DNA of 62,361 bases, counting the filler, from Basidiobolus meristosporus CBS 931.73 (taxonomy: Eukaryota > Fungi > Basidiobolomycota), in NCBI GenBank assembly GCA_002104905.1. It is 3 parts of 3 records of this genome, joined end to end, with 100 filler letters (N's around TTAATTAATTAA, not from the genome) between each part and the next. Parts side by side here need not be neighbours in the genome. Positions count along the whole stretch, not along the records: positions 23,767 to 39,503 come from MCFE01001139.1; positions 39,604 to 62,361 come from MCFE01000971.1; 1 more part is not named here. One strand, 5' to 3'. This document shows positions 33,701 to 46,960 of this stretch, piece by piece (the stretch's first letter is position 1; every line of letters starts with the position of its first letter). Made by a program: the position numbers and the translations under genes. The notes under the pieces were generated by a model. It made no database searches and was not told where the DNA came from. It saw nothing but the letters and a program-made list of their open reading frames with translations.

Positions 33701-35038
33701 CTTATCAACGACATCTTGGATATCTCCAAGATTGAGGCTGGCAAACTGTTGATTGAGCAGACCCAGTTCTCGTTAAGAAAGGAGGTTTTCGGCGTGATGA
33801 GATCCTTGAACACCAAGGCAGATCAGAAGAAGATCGACCTCGTGTATGATATCGGCGAGGAAATCCCGGACCTGCTGGTTGGCGACCCGCTGAGGATTTG
33901 TCAAATCATCACCAACTTGGTCGGCAATGCGATCAAGTTTACCGCCAAGGGCCATGTGACTCTGCGGGTCTCGATCAATAAGAGAACCGCGTGTAAAGTA
34001 GGGTTGACGTTCTGCGTGAGCGATAGCGGGATTGGGATTCCAAACGACAAGCTCCACCTGATATTCGATTCGTTCTCGCAGGCCGACATGTCCACCACTC
34101 GAAAATTCGGTGGCACCGGACTCGGATTATCCATCTCCAAGCAGCTTACTCAACTGATGGGCGGTGACTTGTGGGTGAAGAGTGTGTACGGCAAAGGCAG
34201 CGAGTTTTACTTTACTGTGGAATGCCCAGTAGGTAGGATGACATTGGTACAAATGGAACAGCGCATGCATGCTTTCAACAACAAGAAAGTTTTGCTATTG
34301 AGAACTCAGGGTCACCCTGAAGGTCCGGATACATTTGATATGTTACAGCAACTCCAGCTGAAGCCGGTAGAAATCTCCATCCAGAAAGCCCAGAATACAG
34401 TTCGTCCACCTGGCTCGACCTGCCGTTTGTTCGATGCGGTGATGGTGGACGACTTTGCTACCGTGAGGAAAATCCGCCAGAACCCGAATCTCCAGAATAT
34501 CCCGGTGATTCTGCTCTCGGGCGGGAGGAGCACCCCGTTAATAATGAAGGACTGCATCGACTTACAAATCATCTCATGCATGAGAGCACCGGCCAACCTT
34601 CTGGAGCTGGCCAACGCGCTCGTACCTGCCCTTGAATCTAATATGATGGCGTCTCAGGAAGCTTGCGCCCGGAAGATGAAGATTCTGCTCGCGGAGGATA
34701 ACAAAGTGAACCAGAAACTAGCAGTCAAGATTCTGGAGAAGCACAAGCATGCGGTCACCACGGTATCGGATGGGCTTCAGGCGGTTGAGGCAGTTGGCAA
34801 GGGCGATTTCGACCTAATCCTGATGGACGTGCAGATGCCAATCATGGGTGGATTTGAAGCTACTGCACGCATCCGCGAACTGGAGAAGGATACCGGCAGA
34901 CATATCCCAATCGTCGCTCTGACTGCGCACGCCATGGTGGGGGATCGAGAGAAGTGCTTATCTGCTGGAATGGATGAATATTTAACCAAACCACTGAGGA
35001 CTACTGAGCTGGTTGGCATGATCAACCGATTTTCATAG
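30785..35038 (+). CDS. NIK1: Group III hybrid histidine kinase (poly-HAMP, HisKA, HATPase, receivers)
   Basis: Eight GD(L/F/Y)S HAMP-type repeats; H box [10 protein letters not shown]; N box [10 protein letters not shown]; G boxes DSGIGI and GGTGLGLSI; C-terminal receiver [15 protein letters not shown]; uninterrupted 1417-aa ORF. Confidence 0.93.
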   Translation: MSTAFMRYLGDALLASSSIDPREHYFSSTYSLSEEEKRIEVALQQVLRRQHFLEQELKKCQYHHNENCVDEQPYVDTTNHSCGIEQYQYTTVPPKEVNMELEIPGSLQLYISHPVPSFPSHTSSQLSEKSLSTCTSASGEEYESDADTHLPRKNLAESYLDDCTSVILAISNGDLSKRVTSTADGGSALILKDAINTMADRLTAFTDEMMIIGKESPHQSPAQPWDGAWKEAIQHVDQVVARHSKEMQDIIGVCQAVSHGDLSKKVTVDVEGETLVLKELINTMVDQLGCFFSEVIRVTHEVGTQGRLSKRAEVFGTHGSWKYLTDNINLMASNLSNQVRDITNVSKAIAQGDFSKQITVEVDGELLDLKLVINAMVVKLGAFVSEVTRVGYEVGTEGKLGGQVVVEDIGGAWKEMADNVNLMVSNLTAQARDVALVSKAIAVGDLSKKITVNVGGEINELKTTINTMVDKLRTFVSEVTRVTHEVGTEWKLGGQAIAIDVAGTWKELTESLNMMAYNVTNQVRDIVTVSKAFATGDLSKKVSVNVQGEILDLKLTINTIVDQLRTLNEEVYRVATEIGIEGKLGGQAVVQNAGGTWKNLTDSINMMTLNLTDQIRDIAYVNRAITAGDLSKKVTIDVKGEMLDLKSSINTMVDQLHSFKTEVTRMSLEMGTQGKLGGQIAMKDVSGVWEELTLSVNDLSTNLAKQMRSITAVTNAVASGDLSKKITLEVKGEVNELKTTVNSLVDQLHNVVSEVKRVTYEIGVEGKLGGQATVHGVEGTWKELTDSVNAMAGNMTSQVRDIANVTKAATRGDYSLTTTTNVRGEILGLKDTINDMVHQLNTFYVELNRISAEAESLSRPDEQEPTEDSIKDGAATEGEGGKEETDAEIHKLIVNSLFNNVRETIRRSHAARETAELANRSKSDFLATMSHEIRTPMNGIIGMTQLALDADLTGQQRENLTIVSQLAGTLLCLINDILDISKIEAGKLLIEQTQFSLRKEVFGVMRSLNTKADQKKIDLVYDIGEEIPDLLVGDPLRICQIITNLVGNAIKFTAKGHVTLRVSINKRTACKVGLTFCVSDSGIGIPNDKLHLIFDSFSQADMSTTRKFGGTGLGLSISKQLTQLMGGDLWVKSVYGKGSEFYFTVECPVGRMTLVQMEQRMHAFNNKKVLLLRTQGHPEGPDTFDMLQQLQLKPVEISIQKAQNTVRPPGSTCRLFDAVMVDDFATVRKIRQNPNLQNIPVILLSGGRSTPLIMKDCIDLQIISCMRAPANLLELANALVPALESNMMASQEACARKMKILLAEDNKVNQKLAVKILEKHKHAVTTVSDGLQAVEAVGKGDFDLILMDVQMPIMGGFEATARIRELEKDTGRHIPIVALTAHAMVGDREKCLSAGMDEYLTKPLRTTELVGMINRFS

Positions 35039-35455
35039 ATGATTTTCCCATTGCCTCTTTGTATATTGTTAATTTGAATAAACGCCCTATTGCCTGTTTG
35101 TATATTGTTAATCCGAATAAACACCCCACTGCCAAGTTGGTTTAAAAACGCGATTGGTGGGCAGAATGGAATAAAATACACCTTCGATCACTCGTAGATT
35201 AATCGATCGCTTTCTGTTGATTGATCCCATCGGTCTATTTGGTTCTGGAGTCGTGCCCGGAATTCTGAGATCGAGAGTGGTAAAAGACTATTTCCATATA
35301 AATCAGAGTGAAGGAAAGCAAGTGGTTGGTGTATAAGTGGTGAATCTTATGAAAACTGGTGGTTTGTATATAAGTGGCGAATCTTATTTCTGCGCTTGTA
35401 CTACTTCCCCCCTCTCCTCACTTTGTGTGTTCTATAGAGCCAAGTCTGTTACTTC

Positions 35456-36751
35456 GTGATGGTAAGGATTGACATGTACGTAGACCATCTAAGGCTGAAT
35501 AGTCCCCTCAGTCAACTAGTGCTGGTGGGGATCATTTGCTGCGTGATGATTGGTGCGTACAACTCAAGCTATGGAATCGGAACTTTGGGCAACCTTGACC
35601 GGAGAGGTACTACCACAGTAAACACCGTCTTCTATGTCACATGTTCATTGGCATCTATCATCTCTGGCAGTCTAAACAATATGCTAGGCCCCAAACTGAT
35701 CTTTCTGATCGGTTGCGGCACCTACATTATATACTTTTTGATGATATGGTTCTCTTCTAACGCCCACGATACCTTGACCATCGTTGGGGCCACCTTTGCT
35801 GGCTTCGGCTGTGCTATTATCTGGACTGCCCAGGGAGTCATCATGATGGCTTATCCAATGGAGAATCAAAAAGGCAGATACTTTGGCATCTTCTGGGCAA
35901 TCTTCAACATCGGCGCCTTCGTTGGAGGGCTGCTAACTCTTTGCGGAGTAACATCAAATGTTGCCAGTGTATCATTCGCCGTCTTGACGGGGATTAGTTC
36001 GCTGATTTCCCTCCTTCTGGTCAACCCGGCCACTGTGGTGAGAAACGACGGGTCCAGGGTAACAACAAAGACACAGTTCCAGGTTCACCATGAGCTACGA
36101 CAACTTCCAAAAACCTTCATGCACAAAAAGCTACTCCTCCTGTGCCCGCTTTTCTTCTACTCGAACTGGTTCTACAGCTATCGGTTCGGAAGCTTCAATA
36201 GCGAGTTATTCACTACGCGCACCCGGGCCTTCAACTCTATTTTCTACTGGGCTTCACAAATCCTAGGCTCATTGACATTTGGCCAGTTCCTCGATAATCC
36301 CCTGTTCACGCGCCCGAAACGAGCCGTGTTGGGGCTGTATTTCTTGACGTTCTTCTACGCTGCCACATGGCTTGGTTGCATTTTCATGGAACGCTCGCGC
36401 AACGAGATCAAAGCTCATCAGGGGATGGACATCACGGAGAACCACTACACCGGGCCACTTGTATTGCTTCTACTCTGTGGTATATCAGACTCCATGATTC
36501 AGACCTGGTGTTATTGGATGCTTGGCGCGATTACAAATAACGCCATGATTCTTTCTAGATTTTCCGGCTTTTACAAGTGCATACAAGCAGCCGGCACAGC
36601 CATAGCGTGGTCTATTGCGCTAGAGCTCCAACCCCTAGACCTTGTATTGATCAATTGTGCCATCTTCTTCACCGGTGTACCATTTGCTTACTTCGCGGCC
36701 AGAGACATCACCAAAGCAAACCACTTTCCTGTCCATACCGATGACTCCTAG
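35456..36751 (+). CDS. UNC93-like MFS membrane protein
   Basis: Multi-TM ORF with IIWTAQGVIMMAYP..KGRYFGIFWAIFNIG and FFYSNWFYSY motifs typical of fungal UNC93-like proteins; exact start uncertain. Confidence 0.8.
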   Translation: MMVRIDMYVDHLRLNSPLSQLVLVGIICCVMIGAYNSSYGIGTLGNLDRRGTTTVNTVFYVTCSLASIISGSLNNMLGPKLIFLIGCGTYIIYFLMIWFSSNAHDTLTIVGATFAGFGCAIIWTAQGVIMMAYPMENQKGRYFGIFWAIFNIGAFVGGLLTLCGVTSNVASVSFAVLTGISSLISLLLVNPATVVRNDGSRVTTKTQFQVHHELRQLPKTFMHKKLLLLCPLFFYSNWFYSYRFGSFNSELFTTRTRAFNSIFYWASQILGSLTFGQFLDNPLFTRPKRAVLGLYFLTFFYAATWLGCIFMERSRNEIKAHQGMDITENHYTGPLVLLLLCGISDSMIQTWCYWMLGAITNNAMILSRFSGFYKCIQAAGTAIAWSIALELQPLDLVLINCAIFFTGVPFAYFAARDITKANHFPVHTDDS

Positions 36752-37260
36752 AGTTCCGTTTAAGTGTACATTTTTCACGCATACCCACTCCCCATTACAT
36801 ACCTGTATATTAGATTTACCTTTGTAGATTCAATGCTAATCCTTGATTCAACCACTATCACCACCCGTACCCATACTGAAGGAGCTTCCCCCATAGTGCC
36901 CAGCATCAATAACACCCTAAACCCCACCTAGACAAACAAATATAGTTCTAGATAAAGATTAAAAAGCCACCAAACCTCCGTTGACTGCTGTGTGGGTGGA
37001 TAATTCACCCGAAGCTTTCTTCGGACTTTAGATATTTCCTAGAATGTAGTGGCAACCATGGATTTATCCGAATAGATCCTTTCCACCGCTACGAAAATAG
37101 CCGAAGCCCATTCCAGAATACAATCCTCTTTAGTACTGATAGGCGATGGGAGGGGAGTATGCATGAAAAAAACCATCTCTGCGGCCTCTGTCAATGAACA
37201 AAACTGATCGGTCGCCAGTGGCAAGAGCCCCTCTTCTGCCTCTTCAGTAGATCCTTGAAA

Positions 37261-37646
37261 ATGGTTAGTTTCCAGCTGAATTAGATTATGGTGGTGGTAG
37301 CGGCAGAGACGACCCATCCAAACGTGATAGTTGTTCATCCATCGATGTTAAACGCTTCCTTTATCTGTAGGCCAAACGCACCAAAAAAGTCGGAGTCGTT
37401 GGTAAATACGGTACCCGTTACGGTGCCTCTCTTCGTAAACAAGTGAAGAAGATGGAAATCACCCAACACGCCAAGTACACCTGCACATTCTGTGGCAAAG
37501 ATGCCGTCAAGCGTCAGTCCGTTGGTATCTGGGAATGCCGTGGCTGCCGCAAGGTTATGGCCGGCGGTGCCTGGACCGTTTCCACTACTGCTGCTGCCAC
37601 TGTCAGAAGCACCGTCCGTCGTCTTCGTGAATTGATGGAATCTTAA
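37261..37646 (+). CDS. RPL43: 60S ribosomal protein eL43 (L37a)
   Basis: ATG 37261-37263, intron 37264-37370 (gttagt...ctgtag), then [40 protein letters not shown]. Confidence 0.97.
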
Positions 37647-38400
37647 GTAAATCGAAGATAAATAAATGCTTACAATAGAAGAGAATCGAGCATTGATGTG
37701 CCAATCTGCACCATCTATGCATGAGTCAGTGTCTTGCAGACTAAGCCAGATTGCATCTCGGATATATGGCGAGTGGACACGATCATTAGGATTTCCTTTT
37801 GTGCGCATAATCGCCAGCCCTGTGAATGAACAATGTACTGGGATGGATCTCAGTGTTTGGGCAAATTGCCTAAAGAGGCAGGATACAGTAGAACACAAAA
37901 TAAAGGTGAGTGATTAAACGGACGAAACAGGACGAAACAGGCTACAACAACAAGGCCAGAACTTAATTTAAATCTTGTTCCACATTGGTGTTGTTTACTG
38001 TCATGTACATCTATGTGCTGGCTGGGGGATTTCTATTGGCATGCTCATATCTGTACTAATCCATAAAGAGCCATCTCGTACAAATATAAATAGATTGGGA
38101 GAGCGATTTATACAGATTGGTATGGGTGTGCATACAATTTGGGCTTGGGTGGACGGGGTTACATATTTGAGGGACCTTGTTCATGTATGGGTGGTCGCTG
38201 GTAATTCGGTGTCTCCAAGGAGTACAAATTAAATTAGGTTTTTGTTCCCAGATATAAGCATCCCAAGCCTCACGGTTCGCCGCATTCTTTCCCATCCTAA
38301 TGAATCCAAAGCTCAAGCTCTTCCTGTCTGCGCTGTACGTGCTGTTTTCCGTGCCAATAGCCATTGCTCAGGACCCCATAAACGATGGTAACCTTGTTCC

Positions 38401-39096
38401 ATGACTTTTCACTTGCTGCAGCTAGTAAGCCTCGCCTGTTCTCTAGATCAGCAACTAAACAGCACGCAGAAAATCATCGCCGGCGTGCTACTCATAGCCA
38501 TAGGCTTTGCGTTTTGCTTCTTCGGTCGTCGACTGGTGAAGGTGACCATCTTCCTGGGCGGGTTTGTTTTCTTCACCGGACTTGCCTTGGTGGTTTGCGC
38601 CAATATCAGTCCAATCGAAACCAACAACGCCACAAAGTCCTGGATATACCTGGCGGTCAGCATCGTAGCAGGTCTTGTTGGCGGGTACCTGTTGATCTGC
38701 TTGTTCCAAGTAGGACTGGCCATTGTTGGCGGGTTGGGCGGGTTTGCTCTCTCCATGATTATCCTATCCCTTAAAGACAACATGATCATCGCTTCCAACA
38801 CTGGACGCATCATCTTTGTGGTGGTCTTTGTGGTCATTGGTGCGGTATCTATATTATTCATGGAGAAGCACATCCTAATTTGGGCCTCTTCCATCTCTGG
38901 CTCGTATACTATGGTGGTTGGAGTGGACGTCTTTGTAAAGACCGGACTGTACTACTCCCTTAACCTTTTCTTCAGAGGCCAACACGGTGTATTCTACCAT
39001 ACTGATGCCAAAGTATACGCGATGCTAGCCTCGGTGATTCTTATCTCTGGCATCGGTGCGTTGTTCCAATATCGCACCACCCGTGACAAGAGTTAG
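38401..39096 (+). CDS. TMEM198/DUF4203-family membrane protein
   Basis: GFAFCFFGRRL..FLGGF..GLAIVGGLGGF..ASSISGSYTMVVGVDVF..GALFQY pattern; about 7 TM segments. Confidence 0.8.
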   Translation: MTFHLLQLVSLACSLDQQLNSTQKIIAGVLLIAIGFAFCFFGRRLVKVTIFLGGFVFFTGLALVVCANISPIETNNATKSWIYLAVSIVAGLVGGYLLICLFQVGLAIVGGLGGFALSMIILSLKDNMIIASNTGRIIFVVVFVVIGAVSILFMEKHILIWASSISGSYTMVVGVDVFVKTGLYYSLNLFFRGQHGVFYHTDAKVYAMLASVILISGIGALFQYRTTRDKS

Positions 39097-39603
39097 ATCC
39101 GTTCATACTCTACCGGAGTGGCTTGGCCAATAAAAGTATCGATGTGTTGTATTGTGCGGAGGTCACCGTGAACAGCGAGTTCTGTTAATGGTGAAGGGAT
39201 GCCGCTCTATCATGTAAATATACCAGCATCCATATCAAAATAAATGTCTATCGTCGTACACAATACTGATATTTCGTGGTGTCCTTGAATGAGCTTCCTA
39301 TTGTGAATGTCCAGAGTCAGGTATAGTCGTTAAATTCCATTATATGGCTCGGGGACTCGGGCAGGCAGGGTAGAAACTATTTCCTAAATGGGATGTTAAG
39401 CATATTTGGATTTAAGTTGAATAAATTTCTTTATTAGCTATGATGAATGTACACATGTAGAATATGCGGGAAAAGTTTCTAGTGGTTTAGTTGTTTTCGG
39501 GACNNNNNNNNNNNNNNNNNNNNNNNNNNNNNNNNNNNNNNNNNNNNTTAATTAATTAANNNNNNNNNNNNNNNNNNNNNNNNNNNNNNNNNNNNNNNNN
39601 NNN

Positions 39604-40311
39604 ATTGCTTACGTATTGTAAACCGTAATGCGCGTAGAATGATCTTGCTGGCCCCAAGAGCAGTTTGAATTGTGGATGGGTTTGGTGGTTTGTCAGTGTC
39701 ATTCTTGCAAAGGTACTATAGCAGCTGTAAAGGTTATAGTAAAATGCATTGGATGCTCCGGTGGCTGCTTCTTCCATAATTCTGCACTGATGTACATCCT
39801 TTGATAACATGCGCAAGAATCCTAATATTGATATTGGCATTTGTTGACTGCCGTAGCCATATGCACCAGATTCTTGTGTTTCTGAAGGTGAGCAGCCAGC
39901 ATCCTTTGCTAGCTGCTTGGCCAATCTGAACTTTGTTGTGTATTGCTGAATGTCGCAAATGAATTGGGATACCTTTGGATTCTGAATATTGCTAATATTT
40001 CCAGTGTTAAGCTCTGTTGCAGTGGAAAAGGGCGTAATGCTGTAGCTATTTGCTGCTTGAATAGAATTCAGCAGTAAATGGCTAGTTGCATGCTCAAGAA
40101 ACCTCAAATCATCCTCCATTGAAGTTCCATCGCAATAAACAGTGGTAAATATGCCACCTGATGAAGTTGATGTAATCTTGAAGCGATGAAGAATTGCCTT
40201 GACGGTTGAGATTATTCTGTGGGCCTCTTGCCAGCTTCTGACCTCCAAGCAGAGCTTTACAGCACTGGCAACTGTAGGGTGCTCATTGGTCCATTCAAGG
40301 AGGGTTTGCAT
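39604..40311 (-). CDS. Hypothetical protein (runs into the gap)
   Basis: At least 236 open codons from an ATG; no recognisable motif. Confidence 0.4.
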
Positions 40312-40794
40312 ATTCCCATAATAGCTTTGTTTTCAGGTGGGGTTTAAATCTCCACCTGGAGACAAAGCAATCAAAGCTCCGTGCATGGTAAACAAAGAGT
40401 TTTATAAACAAGAAGCCATAGACAAGCCAGCAAAAATAAATACACATAAATTTTCAAGTTTAATCTATAATGAGTGGTAAATTGGCGACTTTGCCAAACT
40501 TGAAAAGTCCAATACATGCCTAGGCAGGTGGATAACTGGTTATCATATTGACAGTGTAACCTATAGATTCAATCTATATGCGTGTTAATACACAATCATA
40601 TTGCAAATAAACTTGTAGAAGTCGTGATAGAATATTCGTAAGTTGAAGCTTATAGAGGGGTGATTGCTTCCAAAATATACAATGGCAACTCCAGTCTGAC
40701 AAGGAGGAAGATGCGCGTAATATTTGAGGCTATATTGATGGCCTTCTTGGCCAAATATAAAAGAGTACATTCATAAATATTGCCTCTAATTAAG

Positions 40795-40955
40795 GAGCCT
40801 CAGAGGAGGAGGAAAGTGATCCAGAATCCCAGTTGTGGGGGAGATACAATAGAGAGGCAGGCATTGGGGATATGGACGCTACAGTGGATTTGGAGGTTTG
40901 CGGGGACTATGATGGTCGCTGGGAACTTGGAGGATTTGCTTGAGCTGCTAATTTA
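40795..40955 (+). pseudogene. Relic of a Gly-rich peptide gene (3' part)
   Basis: Degenerate gaggaggaa..cagttgtgggggagatac..ggatatggacgctac..gctgctaa matching the family C-terminus. Confidence 0.5.
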
Positions 40956-41311
40956 ATACATCATGCTGTTAAGCTTACTACCAATATTGCGATCATCCAC
41001 AACTCTAAATCATGCCAAATAAAGGCCAATTTTTGAGGCTCTCTTTTGAGGCTCTCACTGGTTTTCTACCCATTTCCGCTTACGAGATAAACACTTGCCA
41101 CTTTCATATAACATAGTATAGAAATCTCTATACCACGACTAGTGTTGTTGTTAACAGAAATCGAGTGTTTGTACTTTGGCTGCGGTGGTTGCCTCCGAAA
41201 TATACTACATCATTTGACTGAAGCTTCCTAGATGCGATATCAATCAACCTCCATCTTGTATGTGTATATAAAGACTGGTGCTGAGCTTTATTTGAGTATT
41301 CAACATTCACA

Positions 41312-41761
41312 ATGTACAAACAACTTACCGCAGCTTGTGCTCTACTAATGGCCGTCAATGCCTTTGGAAGTCCCGTGGATGTGTCAAGCACAAATGTAGC
41401 GAGCGCATCCATCTCCGATAGGGATCCACAAAGTGGCCAAGTGGTGAAGAGGTTCTTGTCCAACAAGGAAGAGGATGCGCAGAATATTCGACACTACATC
41501 GATGGCATTCTCGGCCAGATGTCAAGAAATACGTTCGATCAGACCCTCTCGGATAAGCAAGACGCCGACCAAGATGTCGAGGAAGAGGAGGGCAATCCAG
41601 AAGAGGCCCAGCTATGGGGGAGATACGGTGGATATGGGCGGCGGAGGGGCAGATACTGGGGACGAGGACGCTACGGTCGCTACGGTGGTTATGGAGGTCG
41701 ATGGGGATATGGACGCTACGGGGGATATGGAGGGTATGGTGGATGCGACTGGGGTTGCTAA
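41312..41761 (+). CDS. Secreted Gly/Arg/Tyr/Trp-rich peptide precursor, paralog 1
   Basis: TATATAAA at 41265; signal peptide; acidic pro-region; C-terminal LWGRYGGYG...GGCDWGC. Confidence 0.85.
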   Translation: MYKQLTAACALLMAVNAFGSPVDVSSTNVASASISDRDPQSGQVVKRFLSNKEEDAQNIRHYIDGILGQMSRNTFDQTLSDKQDADQDVEEEEGNPEEAQLWGRYGGYGRRRGRYWGRGRYGRYGGYGGRWGYGRYGGYGGYGGCDWGC

Positions 41762-44175
41762 ATAATAAGAATCAAGGTTTTCATTCACTCCAAAAGCACA
41801 GCTTGTCTGTGTGCTTGAATAAAGTACCGTTGCATTTTATCTATTGATAGTGAATGGCCATGTGATTATGACTCTTATTGAGAATGCTAGTTGGCAGAGA
41901 CTCTCACTGCTCCAACGGTCACTTCTTTTCCGTACTTCGCGATGTATATCTCGAGTTGTTTAGAGGTAATCGTAGCAGTCGTGTTCCTTTTACGGTTGCA
42001 ATCTTGCAGGGAAGGGTACAGGATTACTTTGGCGGAGGTGCCGGGTGGACCGGAAGTGATGCTTGTGATATCTACCGGTTCGCAGGTCACGTGTTGACAT
42101 GAGCTGATGTTGACACGGTTAAGGAGCAGAGAAGGGTATTGAATCGCATTGTGTGTGTTTCACCACTGAATTGAATACTGAAGAGGACTGTATAGAGCTT
42201 TAAGGGGATAGGGACGGTAGGCAAGGAGAGATAGGCAGAGTTACCATGGCAATGAAGGGGAATATTTGATCACTCCTGGGTGTATTACCCTTACTTCAGT
42301 TTCTAGCCAAGCGAGCCCGTTCCTTGCTACTAGTAACATAAAAAGGCTTAAATCAAGTGAAGTACGGGCGCTACAATTTTATAGTATGAGTAGCTTGTTT
42401 TAGTGTGCGTGACTTGAATTTCTATTCGCTGTAAGTGTAAAACCGGATTGAATGCATGCATATACATTCGTAGAGTGAAAGAACTCACTGGCTCTTGTGG
42501 AAATCTATTCAAAACACGAATCTTTATAGCCTTTCCATTACTTATAGTGGTGGTGAAAGACACGCCCGGTTGATGCGTGGATAAGGTGAAAGGCTTTACC
42601 TACTTAGGTATTTATCCCAAGTGAAATGTAAGTATCATTGCTTAGTGAAAGGTTCCACGAGGTCGGGGTTCTCGAAGACTTTGCTAAAGACGTGGGGACA
42701 AAACCGGGGAGATACGCGATGAGAGACGGGGATTACGTCCTATTGAACCTCCATCACTCCCTACCACGGCTGTCCCTCACCGGCTTCCATACGAGGATTC
42801 TGATTCAACCTCTCGTCTGCCCCACAGCACGGATAAGATCTTATGACCATCTGAGCTTTGTGGAGAGTATCTTTTGAGCGTTTGTTCGATAACTATGATG
42901 GCTATGATAGATAAATAAACTTACTTTGGCGCCTGATGGTAAGATGGAGCATCTATCGCATTCCACTTGCCAAGTTATTACCTACTGATACTTACATAGA
43001 CGATCATAAGGTTTATTGTAGTCATACTCAAAATATTATTATCTCTTCAGTATTCTCAACAGCAGTGCAGTGGCCTCAGCACTTGCTGTTGTGAACAGTT
43101 TCCTTCACAGGTATGGCTAAAGGCTCAATATACTGGGACATTGGCATGCTTTGTACGGTGCTCCAGCTGTCTTTCAGAGAGGCCCGTACTGTTTAGCCGA
43201 TTACAGCACACTAACATATATAAGCCATGTCATTATTTCTTGTTACTAATTACCTTCTGCAGAAAGCCAAATACCAACACATGACTTGCTTTGTACTCCC
43301 ACTGCAGGTAGCTAGCAGATATACAATTGTACTGCATAGGACTCTACTTCATATAGTAATTTGGTGTTATTTTGAACAATGATAAGCAAGAGTAGGAACT
43401 CTCCATTGCTCTAAAGCTACTGGTAAAACATAAGCTCAGTAAACTTGTTCTAGGCAGCATTCCAACTCATATTTTCGCAATAAATAACCTTGTAGCATAT
43501 AGAATGGTGCTGATAGCTCCTTGATCCATACTGTTGGCCATTGGATGCAGTAGGGATTTTAAACCTACATCGACTCCTGAGTGAGCAGTTCTTTATGTAA
43601 TTGATGATTGATAATTGCTTACAGGTGCCCAGGTACAATAGGCCTCTGCTTTCCTCATTTAAATATCACCAGAACCCTTGGTTTACTGGACACTTCTGAA
43701 CCGGTATTGCACTGGCAGCTTCAGGTACCATATCAAGTACCAAACATTCTTCACAATGCTTTAATATTTGAAATATTTACAACAGGCACTATATAACTAA
43801 GAATGACAAAGTAGTAGTCCGAATACTTGTGGCAGTTATCAGTACTTGAGCCGCAATCCCTGCCAATATCACCTACAATGAACTTACTTACAAGCAAGCC
43901 ATATGCACAGTGAGATAAGTACGGAAGTATACTAATTTTATACTATCGCAGCCTAACTCTAAGCTTATTTATTCCTCGTTCGGCTGACCTATACTTGAGG
44001 ATGTACTGCGGCAGGTTGGCTGTATGCGTAACCGACTAGGAATACATGGATGTAGCTAGATAGGTTCAAGATATGTGATAAATGTTTTAATCAACCATGC
44101 CACTCTTTAATGAATATGAGTTGTGGCAGCAACGGAAGGGGATACGGTGATAGGACACATTGGTACATGGAGATG

Positions 44176-44360
44176 GCGAATGCCAACCAAGGAGTTGAGG
44201 AAGAGGAGGGCAATCGTGAAGAGGCCCAGCTATATGGGAGATACAGCGGGTATGGGTGGTGGAGGGGCAGATACTGGGGACGAGGACGCTACGGTCGCTA
44301 CGGTGGTTATGGAGGTCGGCGGGGATATAGAGGCTAAGGTGGATGCGACTGGGGTTGCTG
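44176..44360 (+). pseudogene. Gly-rich peptide paralog, 5'-deleted and disrupted
   Basis: EEEEGNREEAQLYGRY... retained; internal deletion and stop before the GGCDWGC-coding tail. Confidence 0.7.
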
Positions 44361-46076
44361 AATAATAAGAGTCAAGGCTTTCATTCACTCCAGCAACGAA
44401 TAAAGTACTGTCGCATTTTATCTACCGACAGTGAATGGCCATATGTATAATTCGATGGGATGTATTCTTTGTAACTCTTATTGTGAATGCTAGTTGGCTG
44501 AGACTCCTGCTTCTTTTCCGTTATTTGGAGGTAGTCGCAACAATCCTGTTCCTTTTCCTGTTGCAATCTTACAGAGAAGGGTACAGGATTGCTTTAGCGG
44601 AGGTGCTGGATGATCCGGAAGTAATGCTTGCGGTATCTACCGGTCACATGCTAGCATGAGCCGAGGTTGATACGCGGGTTAGCAGTGCCACGGTTAAGGA
44701 GCAGAGAACGGTATTGAATCGCACTGTGTGTGTTTTACCGTCAAATCGAATATTAAAGAAGATTGTATAGAGCTACAAGGGGATAAGCACTGTGACCATC
44801 TGAGCTTTGTGGAGTGTATCTAACCATGACGGCTATGGTAGATAAATACACTCATGATGAAGTATCTATCACATCAAGCTACTAGTCAAGTTATTACTTA
44901 CACTCTGATCACTGACTGACACTTACACCATCATATCTCTGGTGTATAGAAGATCATAAGGTTTGTTGTAGTCATTTTCACAGAATCATTATCTCCTCCG
45001 TACTCTCAGCAGAAATACTCTGACCTCAGCACTAAAGTCTCAATATACTGTGATATTGGCAGGCTTTGTACAGTTCTCCAGCAGTCTTTCACCTTGGTGG
45101 CGATAACTCCTTGATCCAAACTGTTAGCTATTGGAGCTGGTATACTTTGTATTGCAGCTGGCCTGCTTTAGGGATTCTGAACGTACATCACCATGTACTG
45201 ATGATTGAAAATTGGTCAAGTGCGATAGGCCTCTGCTTTCCTCATTTTAGACACTTCTAAATCAGTGTTGTACTATCAAGTACCCTATATTCTCCACAAT
45301 ATCAAGTACCCTATATTCTCCACAATATCCCAATATTTGAAGATATTTGCAACAGATACTGTACAACTAAGAATGAAAATGGAATACTTGAGGCAATCAA
45401 TGGTTGTCATTTAGTAATAATGATCGCAGCTAGTTCTCAGTGCTTGAACCGCAGCCCCTTCCAATATCAGCTAGCATGAACTTACAACAAGCTATATGCA
45501 CTGAGAATATATTCGATAAGTACACTAATTTTTATATTATCGCAGCCTAACCTGGAGCTTACTAATTCCGCTTACCATACACCGACCAAGTATATACTTC
45601 GGGATTTACTGCGGCAGGTTAACTGTATGTGTAACCGACTGGGAATAAATGCTGGAGTTGGCTCAAGAGATGTCATCAATCATGCCATTCTTCAGTAAAT
45701 ATGAAGATATAAAGGAATCTATGGCATCAACAGAAAGGAATAATGACGCTACAGTGACAGGATACATTGGTACATGGAGATGACTGCAACTGGAAGTTCA
45801 CACAATCAATATTAGCATGTGGTTAATATGGAGGTGGCTAACCTGTAACATATCTGCTAAACAAATGATCTTTTTAAGCTTTTTGTTGTGTTATGCGTGT
45901 TTGATTGAATGAAGAGCCACTAAACAGCTTCTATTGAACAGCCAAATGGATCACCCGCAGCGCTTCCCACTGAAGGCAGAGGTAAAGTTGGGTGTCTTTA
46001 ATAAGCTCCATCATCAGCTTCTGCTGTGCGGGTATATATACTCATAATCAGCTCAAGTGCTTCATTCAGATTCACA

Positions 46077-46496
46077 ATGTACAAGCACTTCTCCGTCACC
46101 TTTGCTCTCCTAATTGCCTCATATGCGGTGGCAACCCCTGTGCAGCCAGAAGCAACCAATGTAGCAAGTGCTTCCATCTCCATCCGGGACCCACAAAGCG
46201 GCAAAATGATAACACAATTCCAGTCCACAAAAGACGAAGATGCTCGCGCCATTCTTGACGACATATTCGGCCAAATGTCAGGCGGTGGGTTGGCAGATGA
46301 ACAAGCGTCTCCTACAAGTGAAGACACTGACTCTGAAGAGGCCGAGCTTTGGGGTAGATATGGTGGCTATGGAAGATGGGGAAGCAGATACTGGGGACGA
46401 GGACGTTACGGTCGCTATGGTGGCTACGGAGGCCGATGGGGATATGGGCGCTACGGGGGATATGGTGGCTATGGTGGATGCGACTGGGGTTGCTAA
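46077..46496 (+). CDS. Secreted Gly-rich peptide precursor, paralog 2 (divergent pro-region)
   Basis: MYKHFSVTFALLIASYAVA signal; acidic linker ending DSEEAE; conserved mature tail. Confidence 0.85.
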   Translation: MYKHFSVTFALLIASYAVATPVQPEATNVASASISIRDPQSGKMITQFQSTKDEDARAILDDIFGQMSGGGLADEQASPTSEDTDSEEAELWGRYGGYGRWGSRYWGRGRYGRYGGYGGRWGYGRYGGYGGYGGCDWGC

Positions 46497-46960
46497 TGCA
46501 CTACATCCTTACGTTTAATAAACATCATAATGACAATGCTCATCGTAATTAATCAGTGATGTTTACCAAGCTGCAGCATGGAGAGAAAGTCGGATATGTG
46601 TATGGATAAGGTGGATGTCTAGGCAAAGATAAGTCTTATTGCAGTTTGGCTGTCAATTATCTTCATAAATGGTGCCAATCTTTACCTTTAAATGCGGTCA
46701 ATTTTTACCTTCAATGCTGTCAATTTTTACCTTTTAATGGTGTACTGTTAGTAGTCATTTTTTTTCGCATGATAACACTACTCTAGAAGCTCTTATTGTA
46801 TCTTCCTAATGCCTGTAGAATAGATGCAAAATATAATATATCGTTCGTCCGAAACCCATCGATTCCGCGAAGCTTCCTAGATGCGATATCAATCAACCTC
46901 GATCTTGTATCTGTATATAAAGGCTGGTGCTGAGCTTTATTGGAGTATTCAACATTCACA

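Noticed and set aside
30954-35181. Many antisense and alternate-frame ORFs over the histidine kinase (likewise over the LINEs and copia)
   Set aside because: Shadows of long real ORFs, with no independent motifs.
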